This document shows positions 50,442-60,286 of a DNA stretch of 64,000 nt, one piece after another. Position 1 is the first letter of the stretch. The number at the start of each line of letters is the position of its first letter. Source of the stretch: Armatimonadota bacterium (GTDB taxonomy: Bacteria; Armatimonadota; Fimbriimonadia; Fimbriimonadales; GBS-DC); assembly GCA_037444405.1 (NCBI GenBank), contig JBBIML010000017.1:1-64000 (forward strand), written 5' to 3'. The notes beneath the pieces were generated by a model. It saw only the letters and a program-made list of their open reading frames with translations. It did not search any database and was not told the DNA's origin. The position numbers and the translations under genes were made by a program.

Positions 50442-51449
50442 CTATCCCCACAGAAGCTCCATCAGGATCGGCTCCAGTTGCTGGCGGAGGGCGGGGTTGG
50501 CGTAGCCGAGCCAGCCGACAGGCTCGCGAATGTCCAGCGGCACACTCAACGGCTGACCGCGCAGGTCGGTAATCTGCACGCCCAGCTCCTGCGCAATCAG
50601 CGCGGTGCAGATGTCGTACGGATGGCAGGTCAGGGGCGAGTAGTCCACACCCAGCCGCCGAAACGCCCACGGACGCACATCCGCCACGAAACGATCATGC
50701 CCGCACATCAGCTCAAAGAGCTGACCGCCAGTGGTCATATACTGGTCTTCAAACACGAGCGGGTTGATGCTGGGCTGTTCCCCGAACAGTCGTTGCCAGA
50801 AGCGCGTCTCCAGCTCCGCGATAATCGCCTTGCCCTCCGGGAAGAACTTCACGAAGGAGGCGAACCCGTGCGCGAGCGTGGTGGCGCGACTGGGCTGCAA
50901 ATGCGCGGGGCTGACCGTGCCCGTCAGCACATCGTGCCGCTCGGCATGCGCACCCTGACCGCGAATCGCCCACACATGATAGCCAATATGCTGGCGCGAG
51001 ATGGGCAGCTCCGTCTGCATCGCAATCAGAATATGCGCCAGCTCGGTCTCCCTGCCGAAGTTGGGGGCAATCCCGCTCAGTATCCATGCACTGCGCTTGT
51101 CATACATCAGCGAGCGCGTGCCATCGATGGGATCGATAATCAGCAGAAACTCGGCGTTCTGGGCGGGCGTGCCTTCGGGCAGGGGCAGCCAGCCGTCCGT
51201 GCCCAACCCCTCCGCGATCAGCACGAACGGCGTCTCCTGCGCCCACTCGCGGCACAGATCGATCAGCAGCCGCTCGATGTGGGTGTCCAGATAGTACTGG
51301 GTATCGCCGCCCGTGTCGGTGCTGACGGCGGCGAGCGTGGCGGGATCCTGCAGGCGCAGGAAGCGCAGCAGGTGGTCGCGCAGGCGCAGGTGAATCTGGC
51401 GCAGACGATTCACATAGTAGCTTTCGTCCCGACTCAGCAGCAGGCTCAT
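50442..51449 (-). CDS. Inositol monophosphatase-family protein
   Basis: LIAEG, IIDPIDGT and PYD motifs. Confidence 0.75.
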   Translation of the reverse strand: MSLLLSRDESYYVNRLRQIHLRLRDHLLRFLRLQDPATLAAVSTDTGGDTQYYLDTHIERLLIDLCREWAQETPFVLIAEGLGTDGWLPLPEGTPAQNAEFLLIIDPIDGTRSLMYDKRSAWILSGIAPNFGRETELAHILIAMQTELPISRQHIGYHVWAIRGQGAHAERHDVLTGTVSPAHLQPSRATTLAHGFASFVKFFPEGKAIIAELETRFWQRLFGEQPSINPLVFEDQYMTTGGQLFELMCGHDRFVADVRPWAFRRLGVDYSPLTCHPYDICTALIAQELGVQITDLRGQPLSVPLDIREPVGWLGYANPALRQQLEPILMELLWG

Positions 51450-51496
51450 ACAGAAGAAGTGTACCTCGCGCCCGATTGCGGTATAATTGATTAGCG

Positions 51497-52432
51497 ATGA
51501 GTCGGAACGAGCGACCGACCAGTCGGCGCGATTTTTTGAGGGAAGGCTTGCGTTCGCTGGTGCGGGCGGGATTCGGCGGCATCTTTGAGCGGCTGGAGCA
51601 GGTCTCGGAACTGCTGGAGAGCCGCGAGCCGAAGCCGATGCCACTTCAGCCCGTGTTGAGCTGTGAGACGCGCAGCCTGCACGCGCTCATCAGCAGCGGG
51701 CAACTGACACTGGAGAGCCTGCCTGCGCTGCTGCACGAGCTGGAGATTCGGGGGGTGAGCCTGAGCGACCGTCATCTACCCAGCCTGCAACCGCGCGTGC
51801 TGGAACCCCTGCGCGAGACGCTCACACGGCACGGGCTGGTCATCACGGGGCTGATGGTCGCCACGCCCATCGATGTGCACGACGAGGCGAACCTCAGCCG
51901 TCGGCTGGACGAGTGCATCGAGCGGTTGCAGGCGGCGGCGTGGTTGGGCGCGCCGCTTATCCGCCTGCACTTAGGCGGCAGCAATAACGAGCGCGAGGAC
52001 GGCACGGTGAACCTGGAGCGCGCCGCGCTCTTCCTGCAGCGGCTGCTGTTAGAGGCACGCAAACGGCAGGTGCGGATCACGCTGGAGAACCGCGATGGCG
52101 TCGCTCGCCGCGCCGAGAACCTGCTGACACTGGTGCGCAGTCTGGACCCGCGCTGGGTCGGCGTCTGCCTCGATTTCGGCAACTGGCAGCCTGAGCGACT
52201 CTACGATTCCTGTCGGATGCTGGCGCCCTACGCGATGCATGTGCATGCCAAAAGCCGCGCCTTCGACTCACGCGGTGAGGAGAGCCAGCTGGAGTATGGG
52301 CGCCTGCTGAGCTACCTGCGCCTGAGCGGCTACCCCGGCGCGCTCTCTATCGAATATCTGGGCGACGGCGACCCCATCGAAGGCATCCGCAAAACACGCG
52401 ACCTGATCCGACGCTACTGGAAAATGTATTAG
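51497..52432 (+). CDS. Sugar-phosphate isomerase/epimerase (xylose isomerase-like TIM barrel)
   Basis: LEN, LDFGN, HVHAK and SIEY motifs. Confidence 0.82.
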   Translation: MSRNERPTSRRDFLREGLRSLVRAGFGGIFERLEQVSELLESREPKPMPLQPVLSCETRSLHALISSGQLTLESLPALLHELEIRGVSLSDRHLPSLQPRVLEPLRETLTRHGLVITGLMVATPIDVHDEANLSRRLDECIERLQAAAWLGAPLIRLHLGGSNNEREDGTVNLERAALFLQRLLLEARKRQVRITLENRDGVARRAENLLTLVRSLDPRWVGVCLDFGNWQPERLYDSCRMLAPYAMHVHAKSRAFDSRGEESQLEYGRLLSYLRLSGYPGALSIEYLGDGDPIEGIRKTRDLIRRYWKMY

Positions 52433-52444
52433 GTGTTTTTGTTT

Positions 52445-53857
52445 ATGAATCCCTTAGAGCGGGTTCGGACGACCATTGTGGAACGGCAGCTGATACCGCC
52501 CGAAGGGGGTATCGTCGTGGTGGGCTATTCGGGCGGTGCCGATTCGACCGCGCTGCTGCACATTCTCACGCGCCTGCAGAACGATTTGCTCATTCGGGTG
52601 CATGCAGCGCATCTGCATCACGGCATCCGCCCTGAAGCCGATCAGGATGTAGCGCTGTGTCAGTCAGTGTGTCAGTCGCTGGGCGTGCCGCTGCATGTGG
52701 AGCGCATCGAGGTGCCGCGCCTTGCCGAGGAGCAGGGGCTCACCATCGAGGAGGCGGGTCGGCAGGCGCGCTACGCCTTCTTTGAGCGTGTGGCAGACGA
52801 GGTGGGCGCGGTCGCCATCGCCACCGCCCACACGCGCGACGACCAGATCGAAACGATCCTCATCAATCTGCTACGCGGCACGGGACCGCGTGGTCTGCGC
52901 GGGATGCCCTATCAGCGCGGGCGTATTATTCGTCCGCTGCTCGATGTCTCCCGCGAGCAGACGCATGCCTACTGCCGCGAGCAGAACCTGCCCACCTGCT
53001 ATGACCGCACGAACGAAGACCCGCGCCAGCTGCGCTATCGGGTGCGCACTGAGCTGATGCCCGTGCTGGTCGCGCTTGCGCCCACTTTTGACCGCCACCT
53101 GCTGCGCCTGGCGCAGATTATCGAGAACGAGGAGGCGTGGTGGGACGCGCAGATTCGCGAGCTGCTGAAGGGGCGCGACCCGAATCGGCTGCGCCTCGAT
53201 TTTTTGCGCTGGTTGCATCCCGCAGTTCAGCGCCGACTGCTGCGCGAGTGGCTGCGCCCGCATGTGGGTACTGAACAGCTGCCCCCGTTCGAGATTCTGG
53301 AAGCCATTCGGCGAGCGGCGATTGTGAATCGTCCCTCCTCATGGCAACTGAGCGATACGGTGCGGCTGGTGATCGACGAGAAATCGCTGCAGATTCTGCA
53401 CGACGCGCTGCCGCCTGACGATTACGAATATGCCGTTGTGCCCGGCGTGCCGCTTCTGATGCCAGAGCTGGGCATGTGGCTGGAGTCGGAGTGGCAGGCG
53501 TGCCCATCCGATGTGCGCACCGACAATCGCGACGAGGCGTGGCTGTGCGCCAACGCCCTGCAGGGGCAGCTGCGCGTGCGCAACTGGCGAGCGGGCGACC
53601 GATTCGTGCCGCTGGGCATGCCCCGCGCCGACCCCGCCGTCGCCACACACGGCAAAAAAGTGAGCCGAATCTTCATCGACCTCAAAGTGCCTCTCTCACA
53701 ACGCCGTCGCCTACCCCTGCTGTGCGATGAGCAGGGCATCCTGTGGATACCGGGTTATACGATTGCGGAACGCGCGCGGGTGGAGCCAGGCTGTCGCCGC
53801 TGCCTCTATGTGCGCCTGCACCGAAACGATACACCCGCTCGTGCGTCTGACGCATGA
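52445..53857 (+). CDS. tilS: tRNA(Ile)-lysidine synthase
   Basis: SGGADS, TAH..DDQ.ET and IRPLL motifs; C-terminal R.W..GD domain. Confidence 0.95.
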   Translation: MNPLERVRTTIVERQLIPPEGGIVVVGYSGGADSTALLHILTRLQNDLLIRVHAAHLHHGIRPEADQDVALCQSVCQSLGVPLHVERIEVPRLAEEQGLTIEEAGRQARYAFFERVADEVGAVAIATAHTRDDQIETILINLLRGTGPRGLRGMPYQRGRIIRPLLDVSREQTHAYCREQNLPTCYDRTNEDPRQLRYRVRTELMPVLVALAPTFDRHLLRLAQIIENEEAWWDAQIRELLKGRDPNRLRLDFLRWLHPAVQRRLLREWLRPHVGTEQLPPFEILEAIRRAAIVNRPSSWQLSDTVRLVIDEKSLQILHDALPPDDYEYAVVPGVPLLMPELGMWLESEWQACPSDVRTDNRDEAWLCANALQGQLRVRNWRAGDRFVPLGMPRADPAVATHGKKVSRIFIDLKVPLSQRRRLPLLCDEQGILWIPGYTIAERARVEPGCRRCLYVRLHRNDTPARASDA

Positions 53858-53882
53858 GATGGAGCTTGCAGGTAGGCTCTAT

Positions 53883-54491
53883 ATGGATGAGTTCGCTGGG
53901 CGACTTGCCGAAAGTGCATTGAGCGATGAGCAGCTGGTGGTGCGGGCACGCGAAGGGGACAGCGCCGCCCTCGAAGAGCTGTTCCTGCGCTATCGGCAAC
54001 CCGTGTATCGGCTCGTGTACCGCTCGGTGCGCAACAGCGACGACGCCGAAGACATCACGCAGGAGGTGTTCATCAAAGCGTTTGAGCGACTGCACACCTT
54101 CCGCGAGCAGAGCCGCTTCAGCACATGGCTGATGCGCATCGCGCTGAACCTGTGTACCGACCATGCACGCATGCAGAAGCGTCGGCAGGAGCTGCTGCAA
54201 AAAGAGGCGGCGGGCAAGCTCGCCTGGATGACCCATCCCTACCCGCCCGACCCCGACGAGGTGGTTCACGAGAACATCGTGCGGGACCTCTTTTATCAGG
54301 CTTTGCAACAGTTGCCTGAGGCGCAACGCCAGCTGATTGTGATGCGCGATCTGGAAGAGATGGAATATGAAGAGATGGCACACATTCTGGGTTGCACGGT
54401 GGGCGGCGTGAAGCTGCGCGTGATGCGCGCCCGCCGCGCCCTCAAAGCGAAGCTGGAACCCTTATTGCGAGCGATAGGTGAGATCGAATGA
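53883..54491 (+). CDS. ECF sigma-70 factor
   Basis: DAEDITQEVF, FSTWLMRIALN and region-4 HTH; start uncertain (53859 or 53883). Confidence 0.92.
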   Translation: MDEFAGRLAESALSDEQLVVRAREGDSAALEELFLRYRQPVYRLVYRSVRNSDDAEDITQEVFIKAFERLHTFREQSRFSTWLMRIALNLCTDHARMQKRRQELLQKEAAGKLAWMTHPYPPDPDEVVHENIVRDLFYQALQQLPEAQRQLIVMRDLEEMEYEEMAHILGCTVGGVKLRVMRARRALKAKLEPLLRAIGEIE

Positions 54492-55399
54492 TAAGACGCA
54501 GAGAGTGCAATCGGCTGAGAGACTCGATGGCGGAGTGGGGGGATGCCCTGCCTGAGTGGGCGCAGGCGCATCTCCAGCAGTGCGCGGAGTGCGCGGCTGC
54601 CTGGCGGCGCGAGCAGGCGTATCGCCGCGCCGTTCAAGCCGTGCGGCGTACGCCCGTGCCCGCGTGCCCCGTGCGCTGGGAGCAGGTGCAGGCACAGCTA
54701 ACCGCCCGCGCGGTGAAGCAGCGCACCATCCGCTGGCGGTTCACGCTCGCAGGCGCGTGCGCCACCGCACTGGCAAGCGTGCTGGTGATAACAGGCTGGC
54801 TGCTTTATGCGCCTGAACGCCCTGCCCCGCCCATGCTCGCCACACGAACACCTGCTGACCAGTCACCCAGAGTAATGGCAAGCCGTCCTGCCCATCCCGC
54901 TGAGCGGAACCCCTTACCCCAGAGGGGCGAGGGAGCTGATCAGTCCCTCACCTCCAGCGGGAGCGAGAGGGTTAATCCATCCCTCTCCCCCAGCGGAGGA
55001 GAGAGCACGGGTGAGGGGTTTACCCGGGGCGCGACGCTTGAGCCACGCGCAGGAGCAGAATCTAAAACCCTCTCCCCCAGTGGGGGAGAGAGTACGGGTG
55101 AGGGGACTGCCCTGGGCGGGGCGATCAGGCTACACGCGGGCGAGGGCATGACCTGGCCAGAATCGACGCTGAACTCACCTTTTGCAGACACACAGGGGCG
55201 CAAGCGCGGGGCAACACCGGTGGAAGAGATTGCCTTCGCTTATCCACGAATATCCGAACCGCGTGTTGCAGGCAAGCCGACCTCCACCGCCGTTGCTGCG
55301 CTGCCGTTGCCCAGCCTGCGCCCGGAGGCGTCCGAAAATACTGATTATCTGCCCATCCAGTACAGTGGAGCGGAGGTGAACCATGTGTACTCATTCTAA
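54488..55399 (+). CDS. Zinc-finger anti-sigma factor, single TM
   Basis: HLQQCAEC (HxxxCxxC) and a TM segment; overlaps the sigma stop. Confidence 0.8.
   Translation: MIRRRECNRLRDSMAEWGDALPEWAQAHLQQCAECAAAWRREQAYRRAVQAVRRTPVPACPVRWEQVQAQLTARAVKQRTIRWRFTLAGACATALASVLVITGWLLYAPERPAPPMLATRTPADQSPRVMASRPAHPAERNPLPQRGEGADQSLTSSGSERVNPSLSPSGGESTGEGFTRGATLEPRAGAESKTLSPSGGESTGEGTALGGAIRLHAGEGMTWPESTLNSPFADTQGRKRGATPVEEIAFAYPRISEPRVAGKPTSTAVAALPLPSLRPEASENTDYLPIQYSGAEVNHVYSF
54911..55105 (+). repeat. Cluster of CCCTCTCCC..GGGAGAG..GGGTGAGGGG palindromic elements inside the CDS
   Basis: 54981-55018 and 55068-55105 are 35/38 identical; degenerate copies at 54911 and 54945; related copy at 63958. Confidence 0.85.
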
Positions 55400-56414
55400 G
55401 CGTTCCTGTTCGCGCTGGTGGATAGCGATAATGGTGGGCGTGATGGGGCTTGGCACAAGCTGGTGTCAGACGCCCTCGCTGCTGGAGCGTGCCGATGCCG
55501 AGATCGGGCAGATGGTGGAGCGGGTGCGCCCTGCAGTGGTGACGGTGCAGGTACGCCGTGCGCAGATGCCCGCACGCCCCCTGCAAAGCAGTGGCTTTAT
55601 TATCGATTCATCGGGCTATATCGTCGCCTCCTCCGATGGGGTTCAGAACGCGCGCGAGCTGCAGGTGCTGCTGGTCAATGGCGAGGTTCATTCGGCTCGG
55701 CTGATCGGCAGCGACGCCATCACTGGCATCGCACTGCTGAAGATCAGCCCGCCCCGTCCGCTGACGGCGTTGCGGTTCGGCAACTCGGACGCAGTGCCTG
55801 TGGGTGCGACCGCCGTGCTGATTGGCAATCGTGGCGGGCTGGCGGGCAGTGTGACGGTCGGCACGATTGGCGGCAAGGATCGGGTCGGCGTGCGTCCGCA
55901 GACCCAGCGTGTAGTGCCACTGCTGCAGTTCAACGGCACGGTGGGCGCGGGCGAGCCAGGCGCGCCCCTGCTCAACACGCGCGGCGAAGTGATTGGCGTC
56001 ATCATCGGCGCACTCAGCGCGGTTGAAGGGATGCCTGTCGGAAGCGCAGGCGCACCAGCAGCAGGAGGCGCCTTCGCCGTGACGGGCTTCGCCGTGCCTG
56101 CAACAGTCGTGGAGCGGGTGGTGAACGACCTGCGCACGCGCGGGCGCGCCGAACATCCATGGCTGGGCGTCGACTATCGCACGGTGCCAGGCGGTGCCCA
56201 AGTGGCGCGCGTGATGCCCAACAGCCCCGCCGAACGCGCAGGGCTGAGGCCCGGCGACCTGATTGTGGGCTTCAACGGGCAACCCATCGATAGCGCGGCA
56301 GCGCTCACCCGCCACCTCTACAACGCCCGCCCCAACCAGCAGGTGGAAATCGTGCTGATTCGCGAGGGACAGACCCTCAAGCTGAAGGTCACGCTCGGCG
56401 TGCAGTCGCTCTAA
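55383..56414 (+). CDS. HtrA/DegP-like trypsin-fold plus PDZ protein, catalytic triad absent
   Basis: SGFIIDSSGYIV, FGNSD, LLNTRGEVIG and PWLG PDZ motifs; triad positions read D, G and P. Confidence 0.88.
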   Translation: MCTHSKRSCSRWWIAIMVGVMGLGTSWCQTPSLLERADAEIGQMVERVRPAVVTVQVRRAQMPARPLQSSGFIIDSSGYIVASSDGVQNARELQVLLVNGEVHSARLIGSDAITGIALLKISPPRPLTALRFGNSDAVPVGATAVLIGNRGGLAGSVTVGTIGGKDRVGVRPQTQRVVPLLQFNGTVGAGEPGAPLLNTRGEVIGVIIGALSAVEGMPVGSAGAPAAGGAFAVTGFAVPATVVERVVNDLRTRGRAEHPWLGVDYRTVPGGAQVARVMPNSPAERAGLRPGDLIVGFNGQPIDSAAALTRHLYNARPNQQVEIVLIREGQTLKLKVTLGVQSL

Positions 56415-56478
56415 CCCCTCACTCCGACAGCGCGGAGCGAGTACAATTATCCCATCAGAACGCTGACGGAGGTGACCG

Positions 56479-57045
56479 ATGGTCGAAACAGGCGATTTCC
56501 GCAACGGGTTGAACATCATTATCGACGGCGAGATTCATACCATTCTGGAGTATCAGCAATCGCATCAGGGGCGCGGCAGCGCGATTGTGCGCGTGCGGCT
56601 CAAGCGCCTGCGTGACGGCGCCATCTACGAGCGCACCTTCAAGTCGGGCGAGCGGTTCCCCCAGGCCTACATCGAACGCAAGCAGATGCAGGTTCTCTAT
56701 CGTGACGGCGACGACTGGGTGGTGATGGACACCCACACTTTCGACCAGATTCATGTGCCGATAGTCCAGTTTGGGGACGGCGCGAAGTTCATCAAGGAAG
56801 GCTCGGAAGTCTATCTGCTCTATCATGAGGGCGCGATTGTGGGCGCGGAGGTGCCCGACTTTGTGGAGCTGCAAGTGGTGGAGACCGACCCGAACTTTCG
56901 GGGCGACACAGCATCGGGCGGTTCCAAGCCCGCGAAGCTCGAAACGGGTGCGGTGGTGCAGGTGCCCTTCCACATCGAGGTGGGCGATGTGCTGAAGATT
57001 AACACCCGCGAGGGCACCTATGTCGAGCGCGTGCGGAAAGGTTAA
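56479..57045 (+). CDS. efp: Elongation factor P
   Basis: RGDTASGGSKPAKLETG and VPFHIEVGD motifs. Confidence 0.96.
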   Translation: MVETGDFRNGLNIIIDGEIHTILEYQQSHQGRGSAIVRVRLKRLRDGAIYERTFKSGERFPQAYIERKQMQVLYRDGDDWVVMDTHTFDQIHVPIVQFGDGAKFIKEGSEVYLLYHEGAIVGAEVPDFVELQVVETDPNFRGDTASGGSKPAKLETGAVVQVPFHIEVGDVLKINTREGTYVERVRKG

Positions 57046-60000
57046 CGATGCACCACTTCTCGCGGCTCCTCTATAACCACTTCCTCCACAGGTGTGCGGC
57101 GGCGGAATAGCAGGCGGCGCAGCCAGCGGGTCAGGTCATCCATCACCGTGTACATGCAGGGGATGACCAGCAGGGTCAGCAAGGTGCTGACCAGCATGCC
57201 GCCGATAATCACAATTCCCAGCGGGGCACGGAACTCGCTGCCGCGCCCGACCGCCAGCGCAATCGGAATCATCGCCAGCACCAGCGAGAGCGTGGTCATC
57301 AGGATCGGGCGCAGGCGGATGGGACCCGCTTCTAACAGCGCCTCCTCGCGCGGCCGTCCGCGCGAGCGCAGGGTGTTCGTGAAGTCCACCAGCAGGATCG
57401 CGTTCTTGCCCACCAGCCCCACCAGCATGATGATGCCGATCATCGACACGATGTTCAGTTCGGAGCGGGCGACAATCAGCGCCAGCAGCGCGCCCACCAG
57501 CGCCTGCGGCTGACTGAACATGATAATAAAGGGGTAGAGCCAGTTCTCGAACAGCGCGACCATCAGCAGGTAGACCAGAATGAGCGAGAGCAGCAGCGCC
57601 TGCATCATATACGCGCCCTCGCGAGTCATGATTTCGCCCTCACCGAACCACTGCACCTGCACACCTGGCGGCACGAGGTTCTGCTCGCGCAGCAGGCTGT
57701 CTATCTGCACGCGCAGGTTGCCCAGCGAGTAGCCCGGTTGCAGGTTTGCCAGCACCATCACGCGCCGCTGGCGGTCGGCACGCTCGATGCGGGTGGGACC
57801 CTCGCTCAGGCGAATGGTCGCCACATCGCGCAGGTAGACGGGCGCGCCCTGCACAGTGGCGACCACCAGATTGCCCAATTCGCTGGTGCGCTGGCGGTCG
57901 GCTTCGTTCAGGCGCACGCGAATGGCGTACTCCTGACCTGCCTCGCGGTACTTCACGCTGGTGTCGCCCTCGTAGGCGGTGCGCAACGCCAGCGCAATCT
58001 CGGCGATGCTCACGCCCAGCCGCGTGGCGCGTTCGCGATCCACAATCACCTGCAGTTCGGGCTTGCCCGCTGACCATGAGAGGTCGGGGTCTTTGATGCC
58101 GGGCAGGCGGCTGATTGCCTGACGCACCCGCTCGGCAGCCTCCAGCAGGGTGGCGGTGTCTTTGCCCACCATCGCCAGCTGGACGGGCTGCCCGAAGCCG
58201 CCGCCCCGAAAGCCCGAGATGGCGTTCACCGAAATCTGGGCGCCCGCTATGGTGCCGATCTTCTCGCGCAGTTCGCCTGCGACTTCCACATCGGGGCGCG
58301 TGCGCAACGGCTCCTCACGCCGAACCCAGAACATCAGGCTGTCCAGCAGCGCCTTTTTGGGATGGAGGGTCACCTGAATGTTAGCGAAGCGTGGTCCCCG
58401 GTCGCCCGCGCCGATAAAACCTGCACTCGATGCACCCACCAGCGACGACACAAACTTCACCTCCGGGATGGTGAGCGCCACCTGCTCGATGCGCTTGACC
58501 ACGGCGTCCGTCTCGCTCAGCGCGGCGTCGGGTGGCAGTTTGACCGAGATGCCTATCAGCCCCTGATCCTGCGAGGGCGCGAATCGGAAGGGCAGCAGAG
58601 GGTTACCCCGCAGTGCAGAAAGAATAATCAGCAGCAGGGTTGCCACCAGTGCGCCATTGCCGATCAGAATCACCACCCAGCGATGGCGCAGCGCCCACGC
58701 CAGCGAGCGGCGATAGAACCGCTCCAGCGCCCGATAGCGGGCATCAAACCAGCGGAAGAAGCCCTTCGGCTCCTCTAAAGCCTCGCCCCGACGATAAAAA
58801 CGGCTCGCCAGCATCGGTGTCAGCGTGAAGGAGACCAGCAGGGAGAACAGCACCGTCACCACCACTGTTAAGCCGAACGAGCGGAAGAACTGACCTACCA
58901 CTCCGCCCATAAAGGCTATCGGCAGGAACACCACCACATCCACAAAGGTAATCGTGATGGCTGCCAGCCCAATCTCCGTCCGACCGTTGTACGCCGCCTC
59001 CATCGGCGTCTCACCCATCGACAGGTGGCGATAGATGTTCTCAATCACCACAATCGCGTCGTCCACCAGCACACCCACCGCCAGCGACAGCGCCAGCATC
59101 GTCATAAAGTTAATCGTGAAGCCGAAGAAGTAGATGGCGATAAAGGACGCGAAGATACAGGTCGGGATCGCCAGCGCCACAATAAAGGTGCCGCGCGCAT
59201 TGTATAAAAACAGATAGACTATCAACACCACCAGAATAATCGCCAGATAGAGCGCGATGCGCAAATCGGTCAGGCTCTCTTTGATCGAATCCGCCTGATC
59301 AAACGAGATTTCGAACTTCAGGTCGGGATACTCTTTCTGGATGCGCTCGATAACCTGATGGATGCCGGCTGAGACCTCCAGTGCGTTCGCGTCGCTCGCT
59401 TTTTGCACAACCAGCGTCACATTCTCTTTGCCGTTCAGGCGGGTGATGACCGTGCGCTCTTCGACGGTGTCGCGGATGTCGGCAATATCCTGCAGGCGGA
59501 GGGTGGCGCCTGACGCCATCGGGTTGCGCGGGTTCTGCAGATAGAGGCGCAGGTTGCGCAGCTCATCGATGGAGCGGAACTCGCCCAGCAGGCGCACATT
59601 GTAGTCGCGCTCGCCTTCGGTGATTCGCCCGGCGGGCAGATTCAGGTTCGCCGTCTGCAGCGCGCGCACCACCGCATTAATGGACAACCCGTAGGCGTTC
59701 AGCCGCTCCTTGTCGATGGCGATGAGAATCTCGCGCTTCTGCCCGCCCGACACTGTGACGGCTGCCACGCCCGGCACGCTCGCCAGCCGATCTTTGATGA
59801 TGTTATCCGCCAGGTCGCGCAGCTCATACGGCTGACGGTTGCCTGTCAGCCCGATATACATCGTCGGCTGGGATTGCGTGTCCAGCTTGCTGATGACAGG
59901 GCGTTCGGCATCATCGGGTAGCAGACCAATCGCCGCGTTCACTTTCGCCTGCACATCGATATATGCCTGCCCAATATCGGTGCCGATGTAGAACTCCAGC

Positions 60001-60275
60001 GTGACCTGCGAGACGCCATATTGGGAGACGGAGGTTATCTGGCGCAACCCCTCCACGCCCGCCACCGCATCCTCAATCGGCTTGGTGACGAGCGTCTCCA
60101 CCTCGTCGGGCGACGCGCCCGGATAGACCGTCAGAATGGTGATGACGGGAAAGTCCACCTTCGGCTGAAGCTCCACCTGCGTTTTGCTGAGCGCGTAGAA
60201 GCCCAGCACAATCACCGCGACCATGAACACAGTGATGGTCACCGGTCGGTTCAGCGAGAGTCGGGTCAGCCACAT
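57042..60275 (-). CDS. RND efflux permease (AcrB/HAE1 family)
   Basis: GVLVDDAIVVIEN, KNAILLVDF and RLRPILMT motifs. Confidence 0.96.
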   Translation of the reverse strand: MWLTRLSLNRPVTITVFMVAVIVLGFYALSKTQVELQPKVDFPVITILTVYPGASPDEVETLVTKPIEDAVAGVEGLRQITSVSQYGVSQVTLEFYIGTDIGQAYIDVQAKVNAAIGLLPDDAERPVISKLDTQSQPTMYIGLTGNRQPYELRDLADNIIKDRLASVPGVAAVTVSGGQKREILIAIDKERLNAYGLSINAVVRALQTANLNLPAGRITEGERDYNVRLLGEFRSIDELRNLRLYLQNPRNPMASGATLRLQDIADIRDTVEERTVITRLNGKENVTLVVQKASDANALEVSAGIHQVIERIQKEYPDLKFEISFDQADSIKESLTDLRIALYLAIILVVLIVYLFLYNARGTFIVALAIPTCIFASFIAIYFFGFTINFMTMLALSLAVGVLVDDAIVVIENIYRHLSMGETPMEAAYNGRTEIGLAAITITFVDVVVFLPIAFMGGVVGQFFRSFGLTVVVTVLFSLLVSFTLTPMLASRFYRRGEALEEPKGFFRWFDARYRALERFYRRSLAWALRHRWVVILIGNGALVATLLLIILSALRGNPLLPFRFAPSQDQGLIGISVKLPPDAALSETDAVVKRIEQVALTIPEVKFVSSLVGASSAGFIGAGDRGPRFANIQVTLHPKKALLDSLMFWVRREEPLRTRPDVEVAGELREKIGTIAGAQISVNAISGFRGGGFGQPVQLAMVGKDTATLLEAAERVRQAISRLPGIKDPDLSWSAGKPELQVIVDRERATRLGVSIAEIALALRTAYEGDTSVKYREAGQEYAIRVRLNEADRQRTSELGNLVVATVQGAPVYLRDVATIRLSEGPTRIERADRQRRVMVLANLQPGYSLGNLRVQIDSLLREQNLVPPGVQVQWFGEGEIMTREGAYMMQALLLSLILVYLLMVALFENWLYPFIIMFSQPQALVGALLALIVARSELNIVSMIGIIMLVGLVGKNAILLVDFTNTLRSRGRPREEALLEAGPIRLRPILMTTLSLVLAMIPIALAVGRGSEFRAPLGIVIIGGMLVSTLLTLLVIPCMYTVMDDLTRWLRRLLFRRRTPVEEVVIEEPREVVHR

Positions 60276-60286
60276 GGTTTTGCCTC

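Noticed and set aside
51497..51560. Twin-arginine export signal SRRDFLR
   Set aside because: No hydrophobic h-region follows, so Tat export is unsupported.
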